From Octopus vulgaris (Eukaryota), in contig OX597815.1 in the NCBI GenBank assembly GCA_951406725.2, positions 101,556,001-101,620,000 on the forward strand: a DNA stretch of 64,000 bases. Reading direction: 5' to 3'. Below are positions 1 through 13,482 of this stretch, one piece after another (within the stretch, counting starts at the first letter, position 1; the number at the start of each line of letters is the position of its first letter). A model generated the notes under the pieces. The model saw only the letters and a list, made by a program, of their open reading frames with translations, was not told the DNA's origin and ran no database searches. The position numbers were made by a program, and so were the translations under genes.

Positions 1-294
1 AACCCAAACCAAAACAAACAAAATACCCCAAAATTACAATTACACACTTTTCTTAGTGGTATTGAAGTTTATTATAACAAAGTGAGTGGCTTGCATCGGT
101 TGCTTTGGCTTTAATCTGGATGGAAACGCAGGACTCAAACTAACCGAAACACCATCTACATAGAATGGGCGGGAAACAGAATCAATTTACGTGTGTTATT
201 AGGTTGGCATCACTCGACTCACTCGCATTTATCTTTTCTTTTCCCATTTTTGTTTTCCTTTTTACAAATGTTTCCCCTTCCTTTCCTTGTGCAG

Positions 295-335
295 GTGGTG
301 ATGAATTGACGAGAGACATCATGCTTTGTAACTAA
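295..335 (+). other. Candidate short terminal coding exon (xGDELTRDIMLCN*)
   Basis: A long polypyrimidine tract (~228-290) ends in TGCAG|G. Only one frame stays open, to TAA at 333-335. No homology recognised. Confidence 0.25.
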
Positions 336-646
336 ACTGATCCCTTATGGTTGCAGTGAGGATGGGGACGCTAACAACAGAGCCTGCAATACCAGTTTAG
401 TTTCTTACTGCTATTACACCAACAGATCATCAAGAACAACTTCATTGTTTTAGAGAATCAATTTCTTTTATTCATTCGTCTGTTTATTTATTATATTTAT
501 CTTTATTTTTATTAATTTCTTTTCCCTTTCTCTGTCACTGTATACACGCACACGTACGCGCGCGCATAAACACACACACATTCATATATGCACACACACA
601 TAAATATGTATGTATATATGTATATATATGTATATCTATCTATCTG

Positions 647-705
<59 letters not shown>

Positions 706-718
706 GTCCATCTCTCTC

Positions 719-777
<59 letters not shown>

Positions 778-815
778 TACATATATATAATATATACATA
801 TATATAAATATATAC

Positions 816-846
<31 letters not shown>

Positions 847-878
847 AATATAAATATATACATACACACACACATATA

Positions 879-952
<74 letters not shown>

Positions 953-1099
953 CATACTTATACATATATATGTACAATATGCATACACTTACAACGCACA
1001 TGCGCTTACATTTGATACGACGTTGTCAATCGCTAGCAATCATAACTGCTTTCCTTGTCATGTGGCCACCAGTTCCCTAATATCCTTCTAGTGGGCTGT

Positions 1100-1865
1100 A
1101 GAAATTCATGACATTCACGTTTATATGTTTTATTTAGTAACTTTCTTTCTATGGTATCTCTCGAACGTAGGTGGAATCGAGTATGGGTTCTTCGCTCTTC
1201 TTGTTGCTATGTATACAAAGATGTGTTTGTGCAATCTTTCATGCTATATTTAGTTAGGCTTTTTTCCTGGTGAGGTGATATTCCAAATTTGGTTATTCTG
1301 CTAGCCGTAGAATTTCACATTTAGAACCATATTTATGATTGAGATCCATCTTGAAGGCATGATATTTCTTTACAAAATTAACATATAACATTTAGGTTTT
1401 TACACCATGCAGTGCATAGGGCGATTTCCCTGCAGATCTTACATTTGAGACTGGTGGAAACGTGATCATTGTCCAGAGGCATAAACATACTTATCAAAAC
1501 GCTATACTTATCTTTGACGTCCTCTTCTATAGCTTAACGGGTATATATATTCGTCTTTTAATACCGTACGACCAGGATATGTAAACACTTGTACAGTTTA
1601 CAGAAAATGCCAGCAACTCTGATATTTCTTCGATGCCATAGAGCTTGGCTGGAATAGTACTTTTTTAAAATTCTTTCCTTTAGGTCAAATATTTTAGATA
1701 TAGTGGAAAATGCATATACGACCGTCTGTGGATGATGAGTGATCAGCAACCTACCATCCGATACAGTGATTATGTTGCTAGAATTTTTATGTGTGGTAAT
1801 TTCGTTTTTGTTTTAAGATAGGCAATATTGAAGTTAGGCGGAGTTATATATACAGTTAGGTGGAG

Positions 1866-1933
<68 letters not shown>

Positions 1934-2870
1934 ATCCTAAAGATCGTGGAAAGCCTGCTCTAACCTTGCTGCAAGGATGATGGAGACAGTGTAGGTACCA
2001 GTACATACCCATGTTTCATACCATTTGTTCCAGCATATATATTGTGCGTTGTTGAGTGTAAGGACAACCATATTTCATCAATATCGAATTATTTAGTAAG
2101 GCCAACGCTTGCCATTTACAGGAACTTGTCCTGTTCTTTACATTTCACCTGCTGTAGCGAGAAACAGAATATTTTGCCTTCTATACTACAGATTTTTGGA
2201 AACTACTCGACATCTAATGTATCATTTCTTGAGTTATGTGGGCTCCGGGAGAATATTTTGTTTGTATTGATGGAAGTGAGCAGATGCTGAAAGTATTAAG
2301 TCCACCTCTTCCATATATTCCAAGTCTTTGAGAACAATCCGTTTTAATCAATTGATTTTCGTATGCTAAGGCTCTTTCTGTAGGGTTTCCTGATTTCTTC
2401 GAGCACGTCACAGAAGGCCTTCATGTTATTTTTTGCCCCCTTTTATCCTGCTGTTGTGTATAACGCAATCAATCACATGTTAATGAGTGGATCTTCTCTG
2501 TCTTGTGTTCAATTTTCGTTATTATGTTTGTAACTCTTAATCAAACTCGTTACAAAAAGCGAAAATATTCTTTGTCTATAGCTACAAGCCAGCTTTTATA
2601 GTCTTTCCCTATCCTTATATTGAAGGCTCCCATAAATAGTTTGACTGTGCCAAGTTCGTTGTGTAATCCATATGAGCTAATTGGTTGTAAAGTACTTTTT
2701 TGCCTTTATTGGAATTTGTTATAGTTTGGGCATACACAATAGTCTCGTAGTTATGATCCTTTTGTTTACTAATGTAGGCATTCCTGATTTTTTTCATTAC
2801 GTTCTTCCATATGGTGATTTCAACTGCTGATTCTCTTTTCAACTTCGGGCTTACCAGTCCAAAGTAATTT
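1100..2870 (-). mobile_element. Highly decayed Penelope-like element fragments, interrupted by (TA)n at 1867-1930
   Basis: The minus-strand peptide ...TIVYAQT...AQSNYLWE (2615-2842) resembles the 'VIYKAT...LSKYIWEL' stretch of Penelope GIY-YIG domains. There are many stops and frameshifts. Confidence 0.3.
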
Positions 2871-4960
2871 GAATTCTATATAGCTACACTTGCTCTAACG
2901 CTCCTCGTTTAATAACAACTAATTATAATTGTCTTTCATTTTAATTCTGTCTGCCTGTCTCTCTGTCTGTCTTAACCTCTCTCAGCTTCGTTAGATACTT
3001 ATTTTATTGAGATCGTAAACAGAAGAAAGGTTAAGACAACCTGATCCGCTATACATGGTATTTAGTCTTGTATGTATGTATGTATGCATGTACGTATGTA
3101 TGCATGTATGCATGCATGTATATTGTATGTCTATCTGTCTGTCCATCCGTGTGCATGTATGTACACATGTATATGTAGATGTATGTACGCATGCTTGTGT
3201 GTTTGCACATATATAAATATACTTTATATGCATTGAACACACACTTCCTTCATCTACTACTTACTATCGAGATTCACTTTTTTACTAGATAGTTAATGCC
3301 TTATTTTGTATTATTCTTTCTTGAGTTACCTTTTGATAGGCGACATGTTTCGTCAGATGCAATTCTGCGTTACAGTACTTGTAGAACCATGTGTAGCCTA
3401 AGGAACACATTTTTCTTTTCAAAGATAAAAGCATTGAATGACTTGATAATCGATTCAAGTTATATGAAAAATGGTAAGGCGGTGAGTGTCAATACATTGC
3501 AGGAATATTGATGGTTTCAGCCTCTCCTTTTGTATATAAAATATAACTCAATAAATGTGTCCTGTACAATTCAGATCAGTCAGTTACAGCAAGAAAAAAA
3601 AAAAAAAGAGAGACGGTTAGATTGTTAAAGCGTTTTTATATACTTGTGTCAATATTATATATATGTAATATGCTTTAAATAGTTATATGCGTTTATCATA
3701 ATACTTCTGAGACTGAGACGTTATATAAAAGCTTGTGAATGGACGTATGTTGGCACACTAAAATTTAACTCCCCTCGTGAGCTTCGTAAAATTAAATGAT
3801 CCTTTAACCAAGATAGCTCTGGTACTGCAGTCTACTGAGTGTCCCATCCGTTCTTTCCATGCTGGGATGTATATCGTCATATGTTACTATTATACTTTTG
3901 GGAGATCTAATCTGCCTCCCGTTTAAGCACAATTACCTGATCCTCTTTCATTAACGTTGACCTTGTTTCAAGCATTTGAATCATGTCTTTAGTTTGAGGG
4001 CAACTCTAACGACACAGTACGCTACAACCTGTGGGATTTTCTTCTCTTTTCCACCAGACCCAGAAGTCATGTGCAATCTGTATGACTAATTAAACCGTAA
4101 AATTTATTTATATTTTAATATACTTATCTTTAACTCGTGTTTAAATTATTTTGGATTTTATATTTTATTTTACGTATTATTTTCTATTCCATTGTCTATC
4201 CATTAAAACCTCAGCATGCAGTTGTCAGTTTGTCTACGTTACTTGAAGACTTAATTGTTCATTCTTACCAATTGTGGGTTGGATGAGATGCGGCCACTGT
4301 TGGGTGATTAGTCATGGCCATAGATAACTAAGTGGAATTTGAACTCACATCGCAAAGAGCCGAAACAGTCACAACATTGTATATAATCCGAGGCAAGCCC
4401 GCCAAATCATCGCCCCGGAGCATTAATATATTTATCAACACCGAAAGAATTAGAGACAAGATTGATCTCGGTGGGATTTTAACACAAAGCGCAGAGAATC
4501 TAAATTAATAATGCAAGGTATTTTAGTCAACTGTCTAAACAATCTGCCAATTTCCCGCCCTGTATATTTTAAACCATTATCAAAAACAAAAAAAGGTAGG
4601 GTAGTGTTTTAGTATATCTTATAACAATAGTTTTTTTTAATACTAATTATATAACCTCAAGGCAAAATGCTTAAATGCCACTCAAATACAAACTGCTTTG
4701 GTGAAACTGTAAACCTTACAAAATCTTAAGAATATTAAATTACTGTCACTATCCTTTTATTAAAACTTTTAAAAGGAATTTAGTTTTTCCAGCATCTGTA
4801 TAGCCCTTCACTAATCTTTGTATGTAGAACTCTGATTGCGCGCGAAGACACGTACTCACGCGCGCACACACACGATCGCGCGCGCAATTACACATACACA
4901 AAGGATCTATTGAAGACACAACTAAGTTCTAGCTGTATTTTTAATAGAACACTACTTTTC

Positions 4961-4991
<31 letters not shown>

Positions 4992-5218
4992 CAAAATAAG
5001 AAAATGGAGAAATACATCCGAATCAAATATCAACTACCAGATAATACCCAATCACATACTTTATTAAACCACTACATAAGAAACTTTAAGGTCAAACATA
5101 ATAATATAGAACAAAACAGTGTACATAAAGGAATGTCCATAAAGGAGTAATATGATACAATAAGTACAATATGTATAAGAGAATATAAATATTAATAAAT
5201 ATAAATATAAATATACAC

Positions 5219-5350
5219 TACATCTTACAGCTGTTTCGGTCATGCAGATAAGTATATCTCATTTTACTTATATTAGCCATGTGTGGTAGGTCAATATGTA
5301 GTTATAAATGAGACATTTACAAAAATATCCTAAGGCCTCTTCGGGGGTAC
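5219..5350 (-). ncRNA. Degenerate minimal hammerhead motif with long stem II, in a ~450-bp element between TA tracts (~4991-5430)
   Basis: Minus strand reads CCGAAGA-GGCC...GACC-GAAA-CAGCTG-TA with palindromic stem III (ACAGCTGT). Stem I is poorly paired. Confidence 0.5.
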
Positions 5351-5811
5351 ATCACTAGCAGTATATTGGATATATGTTATCCCATGGAGGGTTGCATTTA
5401 CAACCCCTATCTTAATTTGTATATATATATAAGAATGCAAGCGGTCACGTACTATAGCTTCCAATGTCTCCTTCTTCAATAATGAAGATCGAACTGCCTT
5501 TGAGACCGAAAGGAAACAGAAAAGAATCATGACAAGAACAACACGGAACCCTGAAAGGAATTTTCTCTCAGGCGTGGCCTTGTCTATCTACCTTTCTCAT
5601 ATGCTTCTTTTTCCTTCTCTCTCTTCATCTCCTTATTCCTTTACTCCTGTCTTGTATGTCGTCATTTCATTAATCTATACCCTTCTCATTCCAATAATAA
5701 TAATGTATATGACTTGAGATATTTACCTTGCCTTAACGTTTGTTATCCTCTCTGACAATTTTGCACACACACACACGCACACACACACACATACATACAC
5801 ACACACACATT

Positions 5812-5843
<32 letters not shown>

Positions 5844-6810
5844 TGTATGTATGTATACATGCATATATGTGTATATGTGTATGTACGTGTGCTTGTGAAT
5901 GCAGTGTGACCGATTGGTTAGCAGTTCGTTTCACAATTTCGAGATCATTAGTTCGTTTTCGCTGCGTGGCATCTCGAGCAAGTTATCTTGAGCAACTTAT
6001 TCAGGAACACTCATCTGATTCTACTACAAGAATTTGGGACAGTCTTTCCCAAAATTCAACAGAAGCTCCACAACCACAAATGGCTCTTAAATGAGCAATA
6101 CAAGCCCTACTGAATTAGGTCGAGAAAAATTATTCAACAGTTGCATGTAGGTGAATTTGTGTAGAAGTGTGTATACACTATTCTAGATCCCAAGCAAACT
6201 GTAAATTTACCTATCACGTTCCTTCCCAGCACGGAGCTACCAAGTGTGTCCATCACAGACTCGTATCAAGAAAAAAAAAATCCCCAATAATCTCCTATCA
6301 TTCTTTTCAGAAACATGGATGACACACATTTGTGCAACAACGCAAGGCTGTTAGACAAACAACTAATTTCACATCCAACTGAAGCAACAACAATTGCCAA
6401 GATGTGATGCAAGTGAGAATATGCCTATCACAAGAGCTACGATCATTCTCTGTAACACCCAGTTTGAGGTTGAAAGCTGTAAAATGTTTTGCGATGTCCA
6501 TTCAGAAATGCCAATAGGAGATATCAAAAGTGACTGGATTACAATTGGGATCCGTTGCTGTTCCTATTGTCAGTTATATGTCAGTGTGTCACGACTCGAT
6601 GCACAAAAAATACATATCTCTATGTAACTGGATAAAAGAATAAATAATATTCATTATTTAGAAAAAAACTTTGTTATAACGTAAATTAACTTGTAACGCG
6701 CATTCACCACAGCATTCATATGTATGTATATGTATTTATGTAGATTTATCTGTGCATATGCATATATACCTACATACATACTTACATATATACATACACA
6801 CACATGCACA

Positions 6811-6850
<40 letters not shown>

Positions 6851-7005
6851 CACAGGCGCACATATGAGTTTGTGTGTGTGTATATATACAAACACAATAC
6901 ACAAATACACGCACGCATATACGTACACACACATATATGTATATATAGATATATGTAAATACATACACATATATATGCATATATATCTTTTTGTATATAT
7001 ATTTT

Positions 7006-7105
<100 letters not shown>

Positions 7106-7709
7106 TGTTTGTATGTTTGTATGCATATTTGCAACATATCCTTTTTGCCTTGTTAAATTATGCATGAACCTGTTTGCACCTGTATCAAAACATTGGGAAA
7201 AACCATGTTCAAATTGAAGAAAGATAAATTAGTGGTACTAGTAAAAATATATTTAAAAAATGAGTGTATTTGTTGCTGTGGCATCACAGGAACTGTATCA
7301 TGTACACAGCATGGAAGAAAATATTGCATGCTATATTCACCTGTTTGCCAGAATACCAGATCAAGTAAGAATATGGAAATGGATGTTTGATAGGATGGGG
7401 AATAAAGCTAGAGAGATAGAGAGAGAAAAAAAAAAAAGAAAGTGAAACAAGAAAAAGGAAATAGAGAAAGAAGGAAAGAAAGAAATTTGGTTAGGAAGAG
7501 AAAAGGACGGAGAGAAAGAAAGAGTGCATTTCAGCACCAATTTTAGGATGATTTCTGTTTTCTAGCACTGAAAACAAAATGAACTAAATCTCGCTCCACC
7601 TCCAGCTCTCTGCTTAACTATCTGTTTAACCATTTGTCTATCCAGCTATCGCCCAATGTACCTCCTCTCTGTCTGTCTCTCTTTCTCTCTCTCCTTCTCT
7701 CTCTCTCTC

Positions 7710-7800
<91 letters not shown>

Positions 7801-8055
7801 GTGTGTGTGTTTGTATTTGTGTGTATGCATAATCTGAAGTACAGAACAGTGTGGTGACAAATTAAAAACAAATTACATGCGCTCATTACATAAACACATA
7901 CTTTGCATTACTGTTTTAAAAGAACTCATCGTTAAACCACCAAGTTCTTTTTCTAGAACGAATCGAAGACCAGCTCGACGTGTATCGCCTGATTATTGCT
8001 AGTTTACGAAGAAGAATTTACTGCATTTATTCTACAGGAACTGTTAAATGCTAAT

Positions 8056-8446
8056 AATATTATTTTCTACTCTAGGCACAAGGCCCGACATTTTTGGGGA
8101 GGCGGTCAGTCGATTAGATCGACTCCAGTACGCAACTGGTACTCAGTTTATCGACTCCGAAAGAATGAATGGCAAAGTCAACCTCGGCGGAATTTGAACT
8201 GAGAATATAAAGACAGACGAAATACCGCTAAGCATTTCGCCCAGCGTGCTAACGTTTCTGCCAGCTCGCTTCCATTTTTTAATAATCTTTTCTACTCTAG
8301 GCACAAGCCCCGAAATTTGGGGGGAGGGGGCCAGTCGTTGAGATCAACCCCAGTACGCAACTGATACTTAATTTATCGACTTCGAAAGGATGAAAGGTAA
8401 AGTCGACCTCGGTGGAATTTGAACTCAGAACGTAAAGACGAACGAA
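8056..8446 (-). mobile_element. Two adjacent tRNA-SINE copies, family A (GGCGGCGAGCTGGCAGAAACGTTAG head; CCTTTCATCCTTTCGGGGTCGATAAA core, resembling the Meta/MESC SINE domain)
   Basis: Reverse-complement matches to the copies at 16755, 45122 and 47336; B-box-like GTTCAAATTCC. Confidence 0.85.
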
Positions 8447-9212
8447 GCTGTTAATAATAATATATCATAATCGATTTACCCCACAGCTACTGATTTTACT
8501 CATTCCCATAACCATACACTCGCTGGCAAGGTGCATCATTAACTAACCATAGTATAGAGGCTGTGTGTGCGCGTATCGGAGTGTGCCTAAATTCTAAAGC
8601 TTTATACACGTCCGTCTGATAAGAGTAAACTTATCCTAAGTAATGGTTACGGTACTAGTCACACGGTCATGAGGAATTGGGTTCGATTAATGAATCGGGT
8701 GGCTAAATGTGTCCTAGAGCAAGTTGCTTTTTATCACATTGATCTCGTCTTCTCAGATGAAAAAAAAACACCTTAGTGCTGGTGTAGCCTTCTCCTCCCC
8801 ACCTCTCTTGCTGTGATATCCTTGATATTCACCAAGTCAAGGGTGAGAGTGTCGAGAAAGTTTCTATGTCTGCCCCCCTCCCGGATACATAGACATTTAA
8901 AACAATTAGTGATGACATGATACATGTTACCATGTCCTGCTGGTTTGTGTATGATGGCTATACTTCTTTATCATAACTGTGTAAACGCACACACACGCGC
9001 GCGCGCACTGATTAAGGGACGTTGTCTTTTTGCACTGTGAAGATAAATTTATGCTTATGAATTATATACAAGTAAACCTATTCACAGTTAAAGTACACAT
9101 AAAGCAAGGTAGCTGACTGTAACTTAGAATTTTTGCCGCAGTTGGGTTTAAAAAGGCATTGAAACGCACACATACACAGACACATACACATATAAATACA
9201 CACACACATACA

Positions 9213-9246
<34 letters not shown>

Positions 9247-9327
9247 CATACATACATACATACATACATACATACATACATACATACATACATACATACA
9301 TACATACATACATACATACATACATAC

Positions 9328-9600
9328 AAATATCAAACTGAAGTGCTCAGGAAGGCTGGATTGAAATCTATGCACCATCTATTTACTGAAGGAGAGAAAT
9401 ATACGTTGGACACGCCACATTGCCAGACTTGGTGATGAGAGACTTCCGAAGAAAGTTCTTTTCTTGCAACTCGCAGATGGTTATCAAAACCTTCATAAAC
9501 CGCAATTGAGATACAAAGAAAATGTTAAGAGGAACATAAGAAATCTATTTATTCCCACTGACAAGTGGTATCAGCTAGCCGGTGACTTAAGGCGTACACA
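9328..9600 (+). mobile_element. RTE/Bov-B-like LINE, ORF C-terminal fragment
   Basis: Translates with a frameshift to EVLRKAGLKS...RWTRHIARLGDERLPKKVLFLQLADG...KPQLRYKENVKRN, a typical RTE C-terminus. Flanked by (CATA)n and (TATC)n. Confidence 0.75.
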
Positions 9601-9612
9601 TGTTTAAAGTAG

Positions 9613-9709
<97 letters not shown>

Positions 9710-9742
9710 GTATTTATATATATTTGAAATATTGTCCAGGTA

Positions 9743-9817
9743 AATCTAGCCGAAGAAAACTAATCAAATTTACGATGACAAACGTATTTGAAGAGTCCGA
9801 AACCTAGGTACTAGATT
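9743..9817 (+). ncRNA. Minimal type I hammerhead motif (CCGAAGA core)
   Basis: aatctag-CCGAAGA-(stem II region with internal hairpin)-GAAA-CCTAGG-TA-ctagatt. Stem I is a perfect 7 bp; stem III is the palindrome ACCTAGGT; the base of stem II is mismatched. Confidence 0.65.
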
Positions 9818-9992
9818 ATCCGATTCTGGGTTCTCCATTTATCTAATGTTCTTCCTGGAGGTAAGACGAAATTTTTTATGTTTGCTACCCTCACGCGTCT
9901 TTGCCAGTATATAAAGCTTTACTATAACATCGTAAATTTATCGACTGCTATTTCCAGTAAACATTGGTGTCTTGCTGTACCACTACTCTATA

Positions 9993-10043
<51 letters not shown>

Positions 10044-11464
10044 GTATATATATATCGAGAGAGAGAGAGAGAGGGGGAGAGATATGTCTTTCGTGATTAA
10101 CAGAAAGAAACTCTTTCAGGGGTTAGACGATGTCAGAACGGCTGAGATCGTCTAGTGGGTCCATGACATCACTAGCAACAATCTTGAAAAATCAATGAAT
10201 ACCAGTGGAAGAATCGACTGTCAGTTATGTGGCTCATTAAACAACAGTTATAAGCCATGCGTGATGAGGACAAGGCAAATCATAATTTTCAGGATGAGGA
10301 TTGGACAATTGAGATTGAAACGTTAATTGAACGAGCTCATGCACCCTTTCGTAACCTTCATAATCTTCTTCGATTAGAAATAATTCCACTCGATAATAAG
10401 TGGAAGAGTATGTATCATACGCGACTCTGAACAGACCAGAGACGTAACACCAACTACTAGGCATAACACCAACTTCTTGTAGGCTATGATGCTTCTTGGG
10501 GCCATTAGCAACGTTATTTCTTTCTGCAGAGATTCAAGGGCAATCTCTTTGCCTACAGCAAGGTGATGAACACATGGTTTAAGCCTTACATCTACCGTAT
10601 TTTTACCTGAGGATTCCTTTCATTCATATCTTACTCACATGGACCAACATAGCCGTTTGATGTTTTAAAACACCCAATGGTATTTTTTGTAATTAAATGT
10701 TATTAGAAATTGTACAACAAATATTCTACGTATGGTAGAAGTAAAACCAAACCCTTGCACATAAATTTTAACAGTAACACCTTATGTGGACTCTAAGGGT
10801 TATGTGGATCCCCAAAGGTCATGTGGGGTCTGGTTGAGGACCAATCATACATCGAAAAGGACGTATTTGTTCTCAAATACAAGGTGCGTGTGCACGCACA
10901 GAATCGCATTCATGCATACATGCATACCTATACACAGATACATATATGCGGAAGTATGTAAATACATAATTAGTTCGTGCGTATGTGTGTGTTGGCCTCT
11001 GGGTGGAATTTGCATTCATACATGCATACATACAAACAAGCATACATATATGAATGTATACATACATGCATACATTAGTACGGTCAAACAAGAGCTATTT
11101 TTTTAAAAAAGTAATCTGCTCCACTGATAAATGTAGATAATTGAAAATGAACACGAGTGTTGAACAAACTGCATTATTAAATATTTTGCCTTTCTGTTGA
11201 AAAAGCGCTAGGATCCTGAATGTGTCAGCGTTTGCAGCAAGATGAAGATCAGTTGAATGTAAAACAAAAATTTAAAGAAAGACGAAAAACATAAAAAGAG
11301 GAATAAACACTGAATGAATAGGGAATGTATAGGTTTCCTAACGATTATATTTTACAAGGGCGGGCAAGGCTGATCGTGTTTGTACCGACTCTCTCTCTCT
11401 CTCTCTCTATTTCTCTCTGTACACACACACACACACACACACGCACACACAACACACACACACG

Positions 11465-11504
<40 letters not shown>

Positions 11505-11584
11505 CACACACACGCACACACACACGTAAATGACCAACAATGAGAACGAGTGCTTGACACTGCATTAGTGGATATAATTTCTTA

Positions 11585-11775
11585 ATTTGTGCATTAAGGC
11601 CACCATTAGTTTCATATCAAGAAAATATCTTAATATTTTAACAGTTGTTCAACCCAATGACATGGAAGAATGGTCTTCATCTCCGTTTTGGATAAAATCT
11701 GATCGGCTTGAAAAATTCTTAAGATATTAAGATACTTCCTTAACATGAAACCAATGGAAGCTTTAATAGGCAAAT
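11585..11775. repeat. Imperfect foldback (MITE-like), arms ~70 bp
   Basis: ATTTGTGCATTAAGGC...TATCTTAATATTTTAA is mirrored by TTAAGATATTAAGATA...GCTTTAATAGGCAAAT. Confidence 0.7.
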
Positions 11776-11938
11776 AAAGTTTATCCTCCAATGCGGTGTT
11801 GAGCACTCATTGTCATTGTTCGACATTTACGTATCTTTCTTTCTTTCTCTCTCTCTTTCTCTCTCTCGCACATACACATGCCTACATACGCGTGGCCATC
11901 CAACCCTCTGTATATATATATATATGTATACATACATA

Positions 11939-12028
<90 letters not shown>

Positions 12029-12132
12029 GCGTATATTTATAAACTATATGTGTGAATATATACATATAAATATAAATTTACATGCCTATAGAAATAAAGA
12101 GACACCCACAACAAATTTAAACATATTACACA

Positions 12133-12205
<73 letters not shown>

Positions 12206-12520
12206 GAACTCTCAACTTTCTCTTATCTCTCTATCCCTCTTCTCAACTTTCATTGTTGTGAACGTTTATCGCTTGATCTTTAAACAATATTACCTTCTCT
12301 TCATTCTCACGATTTTCACGTGTGCTCTATCACCACGTTCATACACACACATACAGACACACACACATGCACATACACTCATAGACACACACATACATAC
12401 ATACATACATACATACATACATACATACATACATACATACATACATACATACATACACAGGCATTTATTGTTTGCATTGTATTATATTTATACGTTGGAA
12501 TATACTTGTCTCCTCCTTGC

Positions 12521-12810
12521 GTGAAGGTTCGTGGTCTAGTGGTTAGAGTGTTACGCTTTCGATCACAAAATCGTGGTTTCGATTTCCGAACCGGGTGATG
12601 CATTGTTTTCTTGAACAAAACCTTTGTGTCACGTTACTCCAGTCCGTTGATCTGTAAATGAGCAACCCTGTGACGAAAAGGTGTACCGTTCGGGTAGGGG
12701 AAATTTTAATCTCGGTCAATTTTACGCCATAGAGGTCGGGTAGCTGGCAGTATGAGGTATAGGCCTCGAGACAGACGTGTCCAGGAGTTAACTTTACTTT
12801 TGTCATACAT
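12521..12810 (+). mobile_element. Old tRNA-SINE, family C (CORE-like)
   Basis: A box TGGTCTAGTGG and B box GGTTTCGATTTCC; body similar to the copies at 37411 and 52554. Confidence 0.65.
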
Positions 12811-13043
12811 CGTTTTATCTATTTCCGCTTCTTCTTTACAATGTTATCAAAATTACCTCCAATAATAACGTCTTACATTCATGCCACTGTTGTTCTCACA
12901 AACACATGCATAAACACACACACGCATATAAATCTTTATCCTTACATATACATCAATTTAACATAAACATACATATATAGAACTACAAATGCATACCTAT
13001 ACACAAGATGTGTGTGTGTGTGCGTGTTTGTACATATACATGC

Positions 13044-13077
<34 letters not shown>

Positions 13078-13173
13078 TATAATAATAACAACAATATTAG
13101 GGAGTAAATCCAAACTTACAGGGAAAAATTAGATTTAGGATTAAACCTAATTTTACAGTATAAATATATATAT

Positions 13174-13330
13174 TTAATTAGAGATAAAACCACTATTAGG
13201 CAAATCAAACAGTGAAAAACATAAACCAAAACATAGAAAAAAATAAACCAAAACATAAAAAAAATTTTTTTCTATGTTTTGGTTTATGTTTTTCACTGTT
13301 TGATTTGCCTATTAGTGGTTTTATCTCTAA

Positions 13331-13334
<4 letters not shown>
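13174..13334. repeat. Near-perfect inverted repeat, ~70-bp arms, adjoining TA tracts
   Basis: 13174-13244 is the reverse complement of 13264-13334 with about one mismatch. The spacer is a partial duplicate of the arm. Confidence 0.9.
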
Positions 13335-13416
<82 letters not shown>

Positions 13417-13422
13417 AGTGTA

Positions 13423-13482
<60 letters not shown>

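Noticed and set aside
298-340. GTGATGA...CTGA resembling a C/D box snoRNA
   Set aside because: Only 43 nt, with no terminal stem and no recognisable guide sequence.
588-1091. Long ORFs rich in YI, HT, CV, LSIY, poly-S/H/R (here and throughout the track)
   Set aside because: They are translations of (TA)n, (CA)n, (TATC)n, (CAT)n and (TTC)n microsatellites that lack stop codons.
5443-5492. Minus-strand TTGAAGA...GAAG-CTATAG-TA hammerhead-like string
   Set aside because: GAAA is mutated and stems I and II do not pair convincingly; at best a decayed relic.
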